DNA from: an uncultured Gammaproteobacteria bacterium
GTDB lineage: Bacteria; Patescibacteriota; Patescibacteriia; SG8-24
Reading direction: 5' to 3'
Assembly (NCBI GenBank): GCA_964491475.1
Contig: CAZBFO010000001.1
Location: 189,265 to 253,264, forward strand
DNA length: 64,000 nt
Positions within the stretch are counted from its first letter, which is position 1. Every line of letters starts with the position of its first letter. Shown here one piece after another: positions 26,707 through 38,371 of this stretch. A program made the position numbers and the translations under genes. The notes under the pieces were generated by a model. That model saw nothing but the letters and a program-made list of their open reading frames with translations. It ran no database searches and was not told the origin of the DNA.

Positions 26707-27987
26707 CTAGCGGCCAAGGACGTCCACGGCGGAGATGAGATAGCGCATGGGATCAACCGGAATGCCCTTGAGGCGCGATTCGAAGTGCAGGTGCGGGCCG
26801 GTGGTCAGGTTGCCGGCGCCCGGCGTGCCCGGCATGCCGCCCGAATACCCGATGATCTCGCCGCGCTCCACGAAGGCGTCTTCCCTGGCCAAGACCTTGG
26901 AGAGATGGCCGTAGACGGTGGAGATGTTGTTGTTGTGGATGATCATCACGTAGCTGTAGCCCATGCCGCCGTTCTGGGCGCGGGCGACCACGCCTGCCGC
27001 AGCCGCCTTGACCGGCGTGCCCTGCGGCGCGGGAATGTCGATGCCCGGATGCTCGAAGACGTAGCGGAAAGGATAATCGGGATCATGGAAGCGCGTAGAG
27101 ATGCCGCGTGCCGGAACCACCGGCCACTGCAGCGTGGCGTTCTGGCCCTTGAGACGGTCGGCCAGGTCGATCTTGTCGCGGAGCTTGCGCTCGAGCGCGG
27201 TAATCTCCTCGTCGGCGTCATCCTGCTGCCGCTTGAGCTCGGCCAGCATGTAGCGGTACTCCAGCTCCGACGATTGCGTCTGTGCCAGCAGCGTTTCCTT
27301 CACCGACTTGTCGTCCTCGATTTCGCGCTTGGAAATGTCGAGCTGCCGCTGGGTGTCGGCCACGGCCAGCTTCTTGGCCTCGTTTATGCCGTGCTCCTCG
27401 GCCAGGCTCGCGCGGATTTCCTGCACCGCGCGCAGCGTCTTGGTGACGCCGGACTCGAGGTCGGCTACTTGGCGCATGGCGTCGAAAAACTCCGACAAGG
27501 TCTTGCCCGCCAGCAGGATGTCCAAGGCGCTCTTGCGGAACTGCGCGCGATACAGCTGGCGCGCCAGCACGCCCAGCAGCTTGCGCTCCTGCACCATGCG
27601 CTGCTCCTGCGTCTTCATCTTGTCGTCCAGCACCGACATCTCCAGCGTCAGCTGGTTGATCTGGTCCTGCGCGATGTCGATGTCCAGCTGCGTCTGGGCG
27701 ACACGGTTGTCCATCAGGGCGATATCGTCCTGCAGCGAGGCCGATTCGGCCTTTTTCTGGCTGATGGCCACCCGATATTTTTCCTGGCTGCGGGTGAGGT
27801 CCTGCAGCTGCGCCTTCTTCCTGTTGACGTCAGCGGTGATGTCGTTGATCTGCTTGCCGACGCTGCCTTCCAATCCGGTGTCGGCCAGCGCAGTCGTCAC
27901 GGGCAGGAGCGCCAAAGACGCAAAGACCGTCACGGCCAATGCCGCGCGCCCGAACTTTCGGGAAATGGTCCTTGCGAAGTGCGTCAT
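26707..27987 (-). CDS. M23 family peptidase with an N-terminal coiled-coil (EnvC/murein hydrolase activator-like)
   Basis: Signal/TM segment, a long coiled coil, and a C-terminal M23 domain (HPGIDIPAPQGTPV...GHLHFE). Confidence 0.75.
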   Translation of the reverse strand: MTHFARTISRKFGRAALAVTVFASLALLPVTTALADTGLEGSVGKQINDITADVNRKKAQLQDLTRSQEKYRVAISQKKAESASLQDDIALMDNRVAQTQLDIDIAQDQINQLTLEMSVLDDKMKTQEQRMVQERKLLGVLARQLYRAQFRKSALDILLAGKTLSEFFDAMRQVADLESGVTKTLRAVQEIRASLAEEHGINEAKKLAVADTQRQLDISKREIEDDKSVKETLLAQTQSSELEYRYMLAELKRQQDDADEEITALERKLRDKIDLADRLKGQNATLQWPVVPARGISTRFHDPDYPFRYVFEHPGIDIPAPQGTPVKAAAAGVVARAQNGGMGYSYVMIIHNNNISTVYGHLSKVLAREDAFVERGEIIGYSGGMPGTPGAGNLTTGPHLHFESRLKGIPVDPMRYLISAVDVLGR

Positions 27988-27997
27988 GCGAAGTGCG

Positions 27998-29509
27998 TCA
28001 CGAGAGAGAAGCTATGGCCGCGTCGAGTCGCGCCAAGGTCCGTTCCTTGCCGATCGCCCAAGCGCACTCGAAAGGCCCCGGCGACATTTCGCGGCCGCTC
28101 AATGCCACGCGGAACGGCCACAGCGATTCGCCGTTGGTCCAGCCCTTTTCGGCGATGTGCGCGACCGTTGCCTGTTCCAACGCCTTGGCATCTGCAAACT
28201 GCGACTCCCCTGCCCCGACGACGAATGCCCGCAGTCCCAGCAGCCGATCCTTGGCGACCTCGGCGGTCGATTTCTTCCAGACCAGCATCGCAGCGGAAAC
28301 GGCGATTTCCTCGAACACGAAGCGCGTGGATTCGGGCAGCTCGGCGAGCGTGGTCGCCCGCCGCTGTTCCAGAGTTACCGCCTTTTCGAGCAAATCCATA
28401 CCGACGGCCAGCCCGCCCTTCACCGCAGAGAGCTTGCCGCCGTCCTCGCGCAGCACCTCCTGTTTCAGGTAGAACGGACGCGCGGCTTGCGCCAACGCGG
28501 AGGCCGACAGCGCCCGGAGGTACTCCTTGTTGAACCAGTCCAGCTTCTCGCGGTTGAACACCGCACCGGCCTTGTTTACCTTGCCGATGTCGAACTCCCT
28601 GATGAACTCGTCCTTAGTGTACAGGTCGCGATCCGCCCGCGGGTTCCAGCCCATCAGCGCGACGAAATTGACCAGCGCTTCCGGCAGGTAGCCCTTATCG
28701 AGATAATCCTCGACGGCAACGTCGCCCTGGCGTTTGGACAGCTTGGAACGATCGGGATTGAGCAGCAACGGCACGTGCGCGAATTGCGGCGGTGCCCAGC
28801 CGAAAGCCTTGTACAGCGCGATGTGCTTTGGCGTGGACGGCAGCCATTCCTCCGCACGGATGACGTGCGTGATGCCCATCAGGTGATCGTCGACGACGTT
28901 CGCCAGATGATACGTCGGAAAGCCGTCGGATTTCATCAATACCTGGTCGTCGATCAGCGCGTTCTCGAACTCCACGTGGCCGCGGATGCTGTCGTTGAAC
29001 ACCGTGGTCCCTTCAGCGGGCATCTTCATGCGGATGACGTGCGGCATGCCTTTGTCGAGCTGTGCCTGCGCCTCCTCGGGCGTGTGCATGCGGCAGTGCT
29101 TGTCGTACATGATGGGCAGCTTGGCCGCCGCCTGGCCCTGCTTCACCTGCTCAAGCCGCTCCGCAGTGCAAAAACAGTAGTAGGCGTGACCGCGCTTCAC
29201 GAGCAGGTCGGCCTGTTCCTTGTACAGGTGCAGGCGCTTCGATTGCACGTACGGACCGCAAGTGCCTCTTTCGGCCAGTTTCCCCTGCTCGTCAAGGTAC
29301 GGCCCTTCGACCGGACGGATGCCGCAGCGTTCAAGCGAGCGCAGCAAGCTCTCAATCGCCCCTTCGACATAGCGAGTGCGGTCGGTGTCTTCGATGCGCA
29401 AAATGAACTGGCCGCCGTTATGCAGGGCGAACAGTTCGTTGTAGAGGGCAGTGCGAAGACCGCCAATGTGGAGATAGCCTGTAGGTGAGGGGGCAAATCG
29501 GACGCGAAC
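27998..29509 (-). CDS. gltX: Glutamyl-tRNA synthetase
   Basis: MVRVRFAPSPTGYLHIGGLRTALYN (HIGH region) and KLSKRQG (KMSKS). The start is taken at the internal Met of ORF 27998..29695. Confidence 0.85.
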   Translation of the reverse strand, partial: VRVRFAPSPTGYLHIGGLRTALYNELFALHNGGQFILRIEDTDRTRYVEGAIESLLRSLERCGIRPVEGPYLDEQGKLAERGTCGPYVQSKRLHLYKEQADLLVKRGHAYYCFCTAERLEQVKQGQAAAKLPIMYDKHCRMHTPEEAQAQLDKGMPHVIRMKMPAEGTTVFNDSIRGHVEFENALIDDQVLMKSDGFPTYHLANVVDDHLMGITHVIRAEEWLPSTPKHIALYKAFGWAPPQFAHVPLLLNPDRSKLSKRQGDVAVEDYLDKGYLPEALVNFVALMGWNPRADRDLYTKDEFIREFDIGKVNKAGAVFNREKLDWFNKEYLRALSASALAQAARPFYLKQEVLREDGGKLSAVKGGLAVGMDLLEKAVTLEQRRATTLAELPESTRFVFEEIAVSAAMLVWKKSTAEVAKDRLLGLRAFVVGAGESQFADAKALEQATVAHIAEKGWTNGESLWPFRVALSGREMSPGPFECAWAIGKERTLARLDAAIASLS

Positions 29510-29546
29510 CATAGCAATCAGGAAAGAAAGACTTGTGGCAATTTTA

Positions 29547-30296
29547 TCAATTTTTCTCTCGTAAGGCCAGCCACGGGAATACCGCGACCGCCGTCCAAAT
29601 GCGGCCCAACCTGCTGGGCTGCTGCACGAGCCGCCACAGCCACTCAAGACCGATTTTTCGCAGGAATCTCGGCGCCCTGCGCACGTCTCCGGCAATGAAA
29701 TCGAAAGCGCCGCCGATGCCGATGGCCACCCGCACCGAGGGCAACGCCGCCAAGTGATCTGCTATCCACATCTCCTGCTTGCCGTGACCAAATGCCACCA
29801 ACAGCATGGCCGGCTCCGCCTTCCGAATGCGCCCGATCAGGCCCTGATCCATCTGCCAGCTGCCATCGGCATTCCGGCTGATCTGCCCGCCGCTTTCCGC
29901 GCCAACGACGTTCAGGCCCTGATATTTCTTCCGTAAAACGGCCGCTGCTCGCTCGGCCACGTCCTTTTTGCCGCCGCCAAGCAGATACACCGACAGGTCC
30001 TTATGCTCGGCAAGCCCGGCCAGCTCTTCCGCAAAATCCGTGCCGCTGACGCGCTCTGGTATGCGCTGACCGCGGATTCTCGCGGCCAACAGCAGACCAA
30101 AGCCGTCCGGAAGCGCCAAATCGGACTTTCGCAGGGTATCCCGGAAAACGGGGTCCTTGGATGCCAAGACCAGCATCTCCGGATTCGGCGTCGTCAAAAA
30201 GTGCCCGCGGCGCTCCGCGAGCATGTTGGCGACCTTCATGGAGGCCTCGACCTTGGTCATGGCGTCGACGGGGACGCCCAGGATTTCGATCCGCAT
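29547..30296 (-). CDS. WecB/TagA/CpsF family glycosyltransferase
   Basis: MRIEILGVPVDAMT...LLGGGKKDVAERAAAVLRKKYQGLNVVG...GLEWLWRL are typical of the family. The start is taken at an internal Met. Confidence 0.7.
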   Translation of the reverse strand: MRIEILGVPVDAMTKVEASMKVANMLAERRGHFLTTPNPEMLVLASKDPVFRDTLRKSDLALPDGFGLLLAARIRGQRIPERVSGTDFAEELAGLAEHKDLSVYLLGGGKKDVAERAAAVLRKKYQGLNVVGAESGGQISRNADGSWQMDQGLIGRIRKAEPAMLLVAFGHGKQEMWIADHLAALPSVRVAIGIGGAFDFIAGDVRRAPRFLRKIGLEWLWRLVQQPSRLGRIWTAVAVFPWLALREKN

Positions 30297-30424
30297 ACTC
30301 CCCTGCAGTGTAACAAATAAGCCGAAATTAAGCTTATCCACTCCCCGCTTGACATCCCTTCCGACCTGGTGCAAGAATGAGATTAGCACTCGCACTTGTT
30401 GAGTGCTAATACCCTCACCATCCG

Positions 30425-33088
<2,664 letters not shown>

Positions 33089-33098
33089 CGACACACTC

Positions 33099-33281
33099 AT
33101 GACGCGAGCTGAATTTGAGCAAATCCTCGGGAGGGCCAGCAAGCAGATGACTGCTGAATCGCGTCATAAAAAATACGCGACTTCTAAGGAGTTCGAGAAC
33201 CGTGTTCGTGAAGTAGTGCAGGAGCTCGTGCTACCGCATGGCATTTCTTTGGACTTCGATCCGGAACGGAACTGGCGGTAG
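33099..33281 (+). CDS. Small hypothetical protein (about 60 aa), uncertain
   Basis: The ORF sits in a lower-GC tail after clpB. It has no recognisable motif. Confidence 0.2.
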   Translation: MTRAEFEQILGRASKQMTAESRHKKYATSKEFENRVREVVQELVLPHGISLDFDPERNWR

Positions 33282-33384
33282 AACGCGCGGATTTTGCGCT
33301 TGGCCATAGTGTTATGGACGCGTCTGTGGTAGGTTGGACCTACCACTCACTGCGTGGTTATACGTTTCGCAGAAATGCGAAGCG

Positions 33385-33425
33385 TGTGGGAAACACCGCT
33401 GTCTCTCCCAAGGAGCGGTGTTTCT
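33385..33425. terminator. Bidirectional terminator between clpB and lexA (convergent)
   Basis: aaacaccgctgtctctcccaaggagcggtgtttcttttt is an 8-bp stem followed by a T-run. Confidence 0.5.
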
Positions 33426-33478
33426 TTTTGTAAACGAAGGGAAAAGGAACGGTCTTCAGGGTCTGCCGCATTTGCCCG

Positions 33479-34129
33479 CTACGTCATTCTGCGGTAGTCG
33501 CGAACGACTCCCCGAACGACACCCTGCACGATGATGTCTTTGACATAGAAGGGTTTCATGGTGCGGTTGGCCGGCTGCAAGCGGACGCGTCCGTCTTCCT
33601 TGTAGAACCGCTTGAGCGTGGCGTTGGTGTTTTCGAGCAGGGCGACCACGGTGTCGCCGTTCTTGGGCTGGGTGGTGGCGATGACCACCACGTAGTCGCC
33701 CGAAAGGATGCCGTCGTCGATCATCGACTCCCCTTTCACCTTGAGGACGTAGGCGTCTTCGCCGTCGTTGACCATTTCTGCGGGAACCGGGAAGGATTCG
33801 TTGGTTTCGACGGCTTCGATGGGTTCGCCGGCGGTGATGAGGCCCTTGAGCGGCAGGAGCATGGCCTTGGCGGTGGACAGCAGCGAGGATTCGACCTCGA
33901 TGCTGCGGGCCGAGTCGGCATCTCCGGTGAGGTAGCCCTTGCGCTCCAAGTTTTTGATGTGCTCATGGACCGTGGCGGTCGAGGAGATGCCGAAGTGCGC
34001 GCCGATCTCCCGGTACGACGGCGGGTAGCCGCGTTCCTGGATGTACTCGACCACGAAGGCCAAGATGTCGGACTGCTTCTTGGTCAGTTTTTCGCGTTCG
34101 GCGTTTGTGGCGCGCATAACGTTATCCAC
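33479..34129 (-). CDS. lexA: LexA repressor
   Basis: N-terminal wHTH (LTKKQSDILAFVVEYIQERGYPPSYREIG) and a C-terminal S24 peptidase (VLKVKGESMIDDGI; Ser-Lys dyad). The start codon is GTG, or the internal ATG a few codons downstream. Confidence 0.85.
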   Translation of the reverse strand: MDNVMRATNAEREKLTKKQSDILAFVVEYIQERGYPPSYREIGAHFGISSTATVHEHIKNLERKGYLTGDADSARSIEVESSLLSTAKAMLLPLKGLITAGEPIEAVETNESFPVPAEMVNDGEDAYVLKVKGESMIDDGILSGDYVVVIATTQPKNGDTVVALLENTNATLKRFYKEDGRVRLQPANRTMKPFYVKDIIVQGVVRGVVRDYRRMT

Positions 34130-34148
34130 ATCGTGACTTATCTGCTTA

Positions 34149-34163
34149 CACTATACCCGAACA
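34149..34163 (-). promoter_or_regulatory. Putative LexA operator of the direct-repeat type (GTTC-N7-GTTC on the lexA sense strand)
   Basis: The plus strand reads cccGAACaaaaaccGAACgtc, about 20-35 nt upstream of the lexA start. Confidence 0.4.
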
Positions 34164-34308
34164 AAAACCGAACGTCAAAGCTCTTCTGTGGACAAGTCGA
34201 GAAAAGAGCCGTCTTTTTTGACCATTTTTGGGTCGAAAAAGGCATCTTTCGTGCCTCGAAGACCTTATGCTTTGTGCCTGACCGTGGTAGAATGCAGCGG
34301 TAAACGTT

Positions 34309-35103
34309 ATGGCTTTAGTCTACGCCTGCATCACCGCGCACACTCCCCTGCTCATGCCGACCATCGGCAAGGAGGGGCTTAACGTCATCGAAAAGACCAA
34401 GAACGCGCTGATTCAGCTGGAGCAGGAGCTGTACATCGCCCAGCCGGAAACCATAATCGTGATATCGCCGCACGGCGACTCGCTGCCGGACGCGCTGTCC
34501 ATCAACCTCAACTCCAAGTACGTCACCAACTTCGAGGAGTTCGGCGACTTGGTGACCAAAATCGAATGGAAGTCGGACATCATGCTGACCGACCGCATCC
34601 GCGAAGACTTCAAGGAAAAACATTTGCCGCTGGTGCTGGGCAGCTCCGAATACGTCGACTACGGCTGCGCCGTGCCGCTGTCGTACCTGACGCAGCACTT
34701 GCCCAACGTGCGCATCGTCCCGCTGCACACTTCGCAGCTCGACATGAAGGCCCATCACGGCTTCGGCAAGGAGTTCAAGGACGAGATCATGAGCTCGACG
34801 CGACGCATCGCAATTGTGGCCTCTGCCGACCTTTCGCATCGCGTCAGTGAAACCTCGCCCGACGGCCTTTCGCCCCGTGGCGTGGCTTTCGATGAAAAGA
34901 TCATCGACGTCGTTACCAAGCAAGACCCTATCGCCATTCTCGACATCGACGAGGAGTGGATCAAGGAAGCGCAGTCGTGCGGCGCGAAAGTGATCGCCAC
35001 GCTCTGCGGCATGCTTGACGACGTCAATCACACCGCCAAGGTGCTCTCGTACGAGAAGCCGTTCGGCGTCGGCTACCTGATGGCCGGCATGAAAATCGGC
35101 TGA
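34309..35103 (+). CDS. Class III extradiol dioxygenase / MEMO1-like (AmmeMemoRadiSam system protein B-like) protein
   Basis: ACITAHTPLLMP...VISPHGDS...IVASADLSHRV matches the LigB/Memo superfamily signature (S-D-x-S-H). Confidence 0.5.
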   Translation: MALVYACITAHTPLLMPTIGKEGLNVIEKTKNALIQLEQELYIAQPETIIVISPHGDSLPDALSINLNSKYVTNFEEFGDLVTKIEWKSDIMLTDRIREDFKEKHLPLVLGSSEYVDYGCAVPLSYLTQHLPNVRIVPLHTSQLDMKAHHGFGKEFKDEIMSSTRRIAIVASADLSHRVSETSPDGLSPRGVAFDEKIIDVVTKQDPIAILDIDEEWIKEAQSCGAKVIATLCGMLDDVNHTAKVLSYEKPFGVGYLMAGMKIG

Positions 35104-35194
35104 TTCGCGGCGTGTTCACGGGACGGTTTTTCGCCGCAGGAAGGCGATTTTTTGTTCCTCCCGGAACTTTACGGAAAGACCGACCAATGCTAGG

Positions 35195-35521
35195 GTGAAA
35201 ACCGCTAAGATAAGGCCCTGTGCAGCTATGGACGACCTCAAAGACATCCTCAAAAAGCGTGCTCCCAAGGTGATTCCCAAGGACAAGCACCTGCATTCCG
35301 CAGCGCATGTGCTGGCCGACGAGATCAGCACGGCCTTCGGGGAGCGGAAGCGCTTTGCGATGTACCTGGGCGTCATCAACCGCGTGGGCGTGGAGAACGC
35401 CCGGCGCATCTTCCGCCAGCTCCATCAGGAAGCCAAGGGCGACCTGGGCAAGCTGTTCATGTACCTGTGCCGCAAGGAACCCAAGGAGCAGAAACCCCAG
35501 GACGCTCCCCCGAACCCGTAA
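35195..35521 (+). CDS. Small hypothetical basic protein
   Basis: ORF upstream of def with no recognisable motifs. The start could be the Met at MDDLKDIL. Confidence 0.3.
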   Translation: MKTAKIRPCAAMDDLKDILKKRAPKVIPKDKHLHSAAHVLADEISTAFGERKRFAMYLGVINRVGVENARRIFRQLHQEAKGDLGKLFMYLCRKEPKEQKPQDAPPNP

Positions 35522-35525
35522 CGAT

Positions 35526-36011
35526 ATGGCCGTCAGAAAAATCACCATGAAAGGCACGCCGGTCCTGCATGCGCGGGCCAAGGAGGTCGACCTCAAGGAG
35601 ATCGGCTCTCCGGAGTTCCGCGCGTTCATCGACGACATGGTCGAGACGATGTATGCCGCCAACGGCGTGGGCATCGCCGCCACGCAGGTCGGTGACGGAC
35701 GTCGCGTGTTCATCGCCGAAAGCGCCAAGGGACCCATCGCCCTGGTGAATCCGGTGTTCACCGAAAAGTCAAAGAAGATGCTTTCCGACGACGAGGGCTG
35801 CCTTTCCGTCCCCGGCAAGTTCGACCGCGTGAAGCGCCACAAGACCGTGACCGTCGAGGCCTACACCATCGAAGGCGAAAAAATCTCGTTCACCGCCGAA
35901 GGATTCTTTGCCCGGATTTTGCAGCACGAGCTGGATCACTTGGACGGCCTGCTGTACGTGGACCGCGTGGCCGAGCAGAAGAAGGCCAAGGACGATGCCG
36001 CTAAGAAGTAA
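35526..36011 (+). CDS. def: Peptide deformylase
   Basis: GVGIAATQVG, EGCLSVPG and HELDHLDG are the three PDF motifs. The start is taken at the internal Met of ORF 35307..36011. Confidence 0.85.
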   Translation: MAVRKITMKGTPVLHARAKEVDLKEIGSPEFRAFIDDMVETMYAANGVGIAATQVGDGRRVFIAESAKGPIALVNPVFTEKSKKMLSDDEGCLSVPGKFDRVKRHKTVTVEAYTIEGEKISFTAEGFFARILQHELDHLDGLLYVDRVAEQKKAKDDAAKK

Positions 36012-36021
36012 TCTCGTTGTC

Positions 36022-36999
36022 ATGCTTCGCATCGTCTACTTTGGTACCGCCGCGTTCGCCGTTCCGCCGCTCAAGGCGCTGCTTGGCGACTCGCGCTTCG
36101 AAGTCGCAGCGGTGGTGTCGCAGCCGGACAAGCCGACGGGCCGCGACGGCGCGGTCAGTTCCTCTCCCGTCGCCAAGGTGGCGCGCGAGGCCGGCGTGAC
36201 TTTGTTGCAGCCTGCCAAGATGAAAACGGACGAGACTCGCGAGATGTTGGCAGCGCTGAACGCCGACCTGTTCGTGGTGGCGGCGTACGGCCGCATCATT
36301 CCCAAGGCGCTGCTGGACCTCCCCCGCCACGGCTGCCTGAACTTGCACGGCTCGCTGCTGCCCAAGTACCGCGGTGCCTCCCCTATCCAAGCGGCCATCG
36401 CCGCCGGCGACGCCGAGACCGGCGTGACGCTGATGCGGATGGACGAGGAAGTCGACCACGGTCCCACCTACGCCATGGCACGCGTGACCATCGAGCCGAC
36501 CGACACCTACGCGACTCTGGAAGCCAAGCTGGCGGACGTCGGAGCCGACCTGTTGCTCGCAGAGATAGACGCAGTAGTGGCCGGGACGCGCGAGGCGAAC
36601 GAGCAGAATCATTCCGAAGCGTCTTTCACCGGCATCATTGATCGCCGCGACGGCTTCGTGGGCTGGACCGCCGACAGCGCCTCGGCGATCGAGTGCCGAC
36701 GCAGGGCCTTTACGCCGTGGCCGGGGCTGTATGCCGTCTGGAAGCGCAAGGGCGTGGCGTTGCGCATCAAGCTGCTCGACCTGGCGACGTTGCCTGACGC
36801 CAGCGTGCCGACCGGCACCGTGCCGGGAACGGTCTTCAAAACCGCTGACGGCTTCCCTGCAGTTGCCGCCGCCTCCGGCGCGCTCAAGCTGCGCACGGTC
36901 CAACCCGAAGGCAAGAAACCCATGGAAGGCAAGCTGCTGCTCAACGGCTATCAAGACTTCATCGGCAGCGTTCTGGAAAAAGAAGAGACGCCCGCGTAG
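36022..36999 (+). CDS. fmt: Methionyl-tRNA formyltransferase
   Basis: MLRIVYFGTAAFAVPPLKAL...NLHGSLLPKYRGASPIQ. The gene follows def. Confidence 0.85.
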   Translation: MLRIVYFGTAAFAVPPLKALLGDSRFEVAAVVSQPDKPTGRDGAVSSSPVAKVAREAGVTLLQPAKMKTDETREMLAALNADLFVVAAYGRIIPKALLDLPRHGCLNLHGSLLPKYRGASPIQAAIAAGDAETGVTLMRMDEEVDHGPTYAMARVTIEPTDTYATLEAKLADVGADLLLAEIDAVVAGTREANEQNHSEASFTGIIDRRDGFVGWTADSASAIECRRRAFTPWPGLYAVWKRKGVALRIKLLDLATLPDASVPTGTVPGTVFKTADGFPAVAAASGALKLRTVQPEGKKPMEGKLLLNGYQDFIGSVLEKEETPA

Positions 37000-37011
37000 G
37001 GCGTCTTTTAG

Positions 37012-37488
37012 TCAGGGATGAAGGATGACGTGAGAAGGGTGCTTAACCGTATACTCCTCCGTGTACAGGAGCAGCATGCTCAAATGGTCATCGCCGGCGT
37101 AAATGAACTGCCGGTCGGCCAAGTGCTCCTCGATGGCCGCAATCCAGGCGTCCAGACCGGCAAATCCCGGAGAGACTTCGCAGTCGCTATCGACGACGAT
37201 AATTCGCGTTTCCTGCCGCGACGCCAGAGTGGCGAACACCTGTCGCAGCGCGTCGCTCACGCCCGGCTCGCCGGTCAGACAACCGCTTACGCAAAGGAGC
37301 ATCGTCGATGGCTGGCATATCTTATCTTGCCAACCGAACACCAGCGGCCGGCCGTCAGATACCGTCTTGAGATCTCCGCTTTCTCCAGGATGCATGTCCG
37401 TTCTCCTCTTGACAAAGGACTCGTGCGCAAAGTACATGGTACCCTGCCATGCTCGATTGTCAACCAGCCGTTCAAGAGGTCTTTTCAT
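37012..37488 (-). CDS. Hypothetical Rossmann-like protein
   Basis: ORF with MLLCVSGCLTGEPG...RIIVVDSD. It has no confident family assignment. Confidence 0.3.
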   Translation of the reverse strand: MKRPLERLVDNRAWQGTMYFAHESFVKRRTDMHPGESGDLKTVSDGRPLVFGWQDKICQPSTMLLCVSGCLTGEPGVSDALRQVFATLASRQETRIIVVDSDCEVSPGFAGLDAWIAAIEEHLADRQFIYAGDDHLSMLLLYTEEYTVKHPSHVILHP

Positions 37489-38371
37489 CCCCGATCCTGT
37501 CGACGGTCTTCTTCGCATCGATGATCGCCAACACGTCGTCCGGCGGCTTGTCGCTGCCGAACAGCCGCTTCGAGATGGCTTTGCGGAGGTCGCGCAACGC
37601 CTTCATCTGCGGCAGCACTTCCAGCGTGGCGCGGCGGTGCTCGCCCTGTTCGGGCTTGCCCAAGCCGGCATCGGCATCCGTGCGGCGCAAGTCCTTGGCG
37701 ACGGTTTCGGCCATGCGGCCGCCCATCTGCTCCAGGACGCCGTCCACATGCGCCAGTGCCTCGATGGACGACATCTCGGCCGAGGCGTCAGCGTCCAGCG
37801 CGCCGCGAAAGTCGGTGAACGATCCGCGTTCGGGCAGCTGGTTGCCGATGCGCGAAAGCAGTTCGCCGTAGCGGCCTTCCTCCAAGTCGGCTTCGTTCAG
37901 GTTGCTTGAAGGGTAGCGCTCGAACATCGCGTCCATCGCCTTCCGGGCGGTCTCGCGCGACCACTTCATGTCGCCCTTGGCGCCCTGCTCGGACGCCTGC
38001 TTCTGATCCTCGGGGCTGAAACGGCGGAAGGCGCGTTCGGCCATGACGGAAACGGGATCGGCAAGTTCTTCGCGTTCGCGAATGACGGTCCCCTTCGGTT
38101 CCTTGAGCGCGACCTCGACCTCCGCGGCCCACTTCGGCTCGGCTTCCTCCATCTGTTTGGAAAGCAGCGGGTCCCGCTCGTGCGAGCGCACGGCGTCGTT
38201 CAAGGTCATCTTGGCGTTGCGGACGTCGTCGATGACCGACTGCTCCTCGGGGGAAGGGACGGGCGTGTCTTCGGTCTTCAGCTCGGCGATTTCTGCGGCG
38301 ACCTCGCGGTTGTGGGCCTCCAACCTGGATTCCTGGGTCTGTTCCTGCATACTATGATTCGTTCTTGGCAA
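37472..38371 (-). CDS. Hypothetical acidic, Glu/Asp/Arg-rich protein
   Basis: Long ORF with coding-like composition, charged and probably helical. It has no motif. Confidence 0.4.
   Translation of the reverse strand: MPRTNHSMQEQTQESRLEAHNREVAAEIAELKTEDTPVPSPEEQSVIDDVRNAKMTLNDAVRSHERDPLLSKQMEEAEPKWAAEVEVALKEPKGTVIREREELADPVSVMAERAFRRFSPEDQKQASEQGAKGDMKWSRETARKAMDAMFERYPSSNLNEADLEEGRYGELLSRIGNQLPERGSFTDFRGALDADASAEMSSIEALAHVDGVLEQMGGRMAETVAKDLRRTDADAGLGKPEQGEHRRATLEVLPQMKALRDLRKAISKRLFGSDKPPDDVLAIIDAKKTVDRIGDEKTS

Noticed and set aside
33300-33380. An imperfect inverted repeat (acgtttcgca…tgcgaagcgt) downstream of clpB, which might be an sRNA or riboswitch.
   Set aside because: It is short with a mismatch and no conserved riboswitch sequence features. 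It is probably part of the convergent terminator region.
35024-35842. A 272-aa minus-strand ORF overlapping the small ORF 35195..35521 and the 5' region of def.
   Set aside because: It is a high-GC antisense artifact. def on the plus strand has all three PDF motifs.
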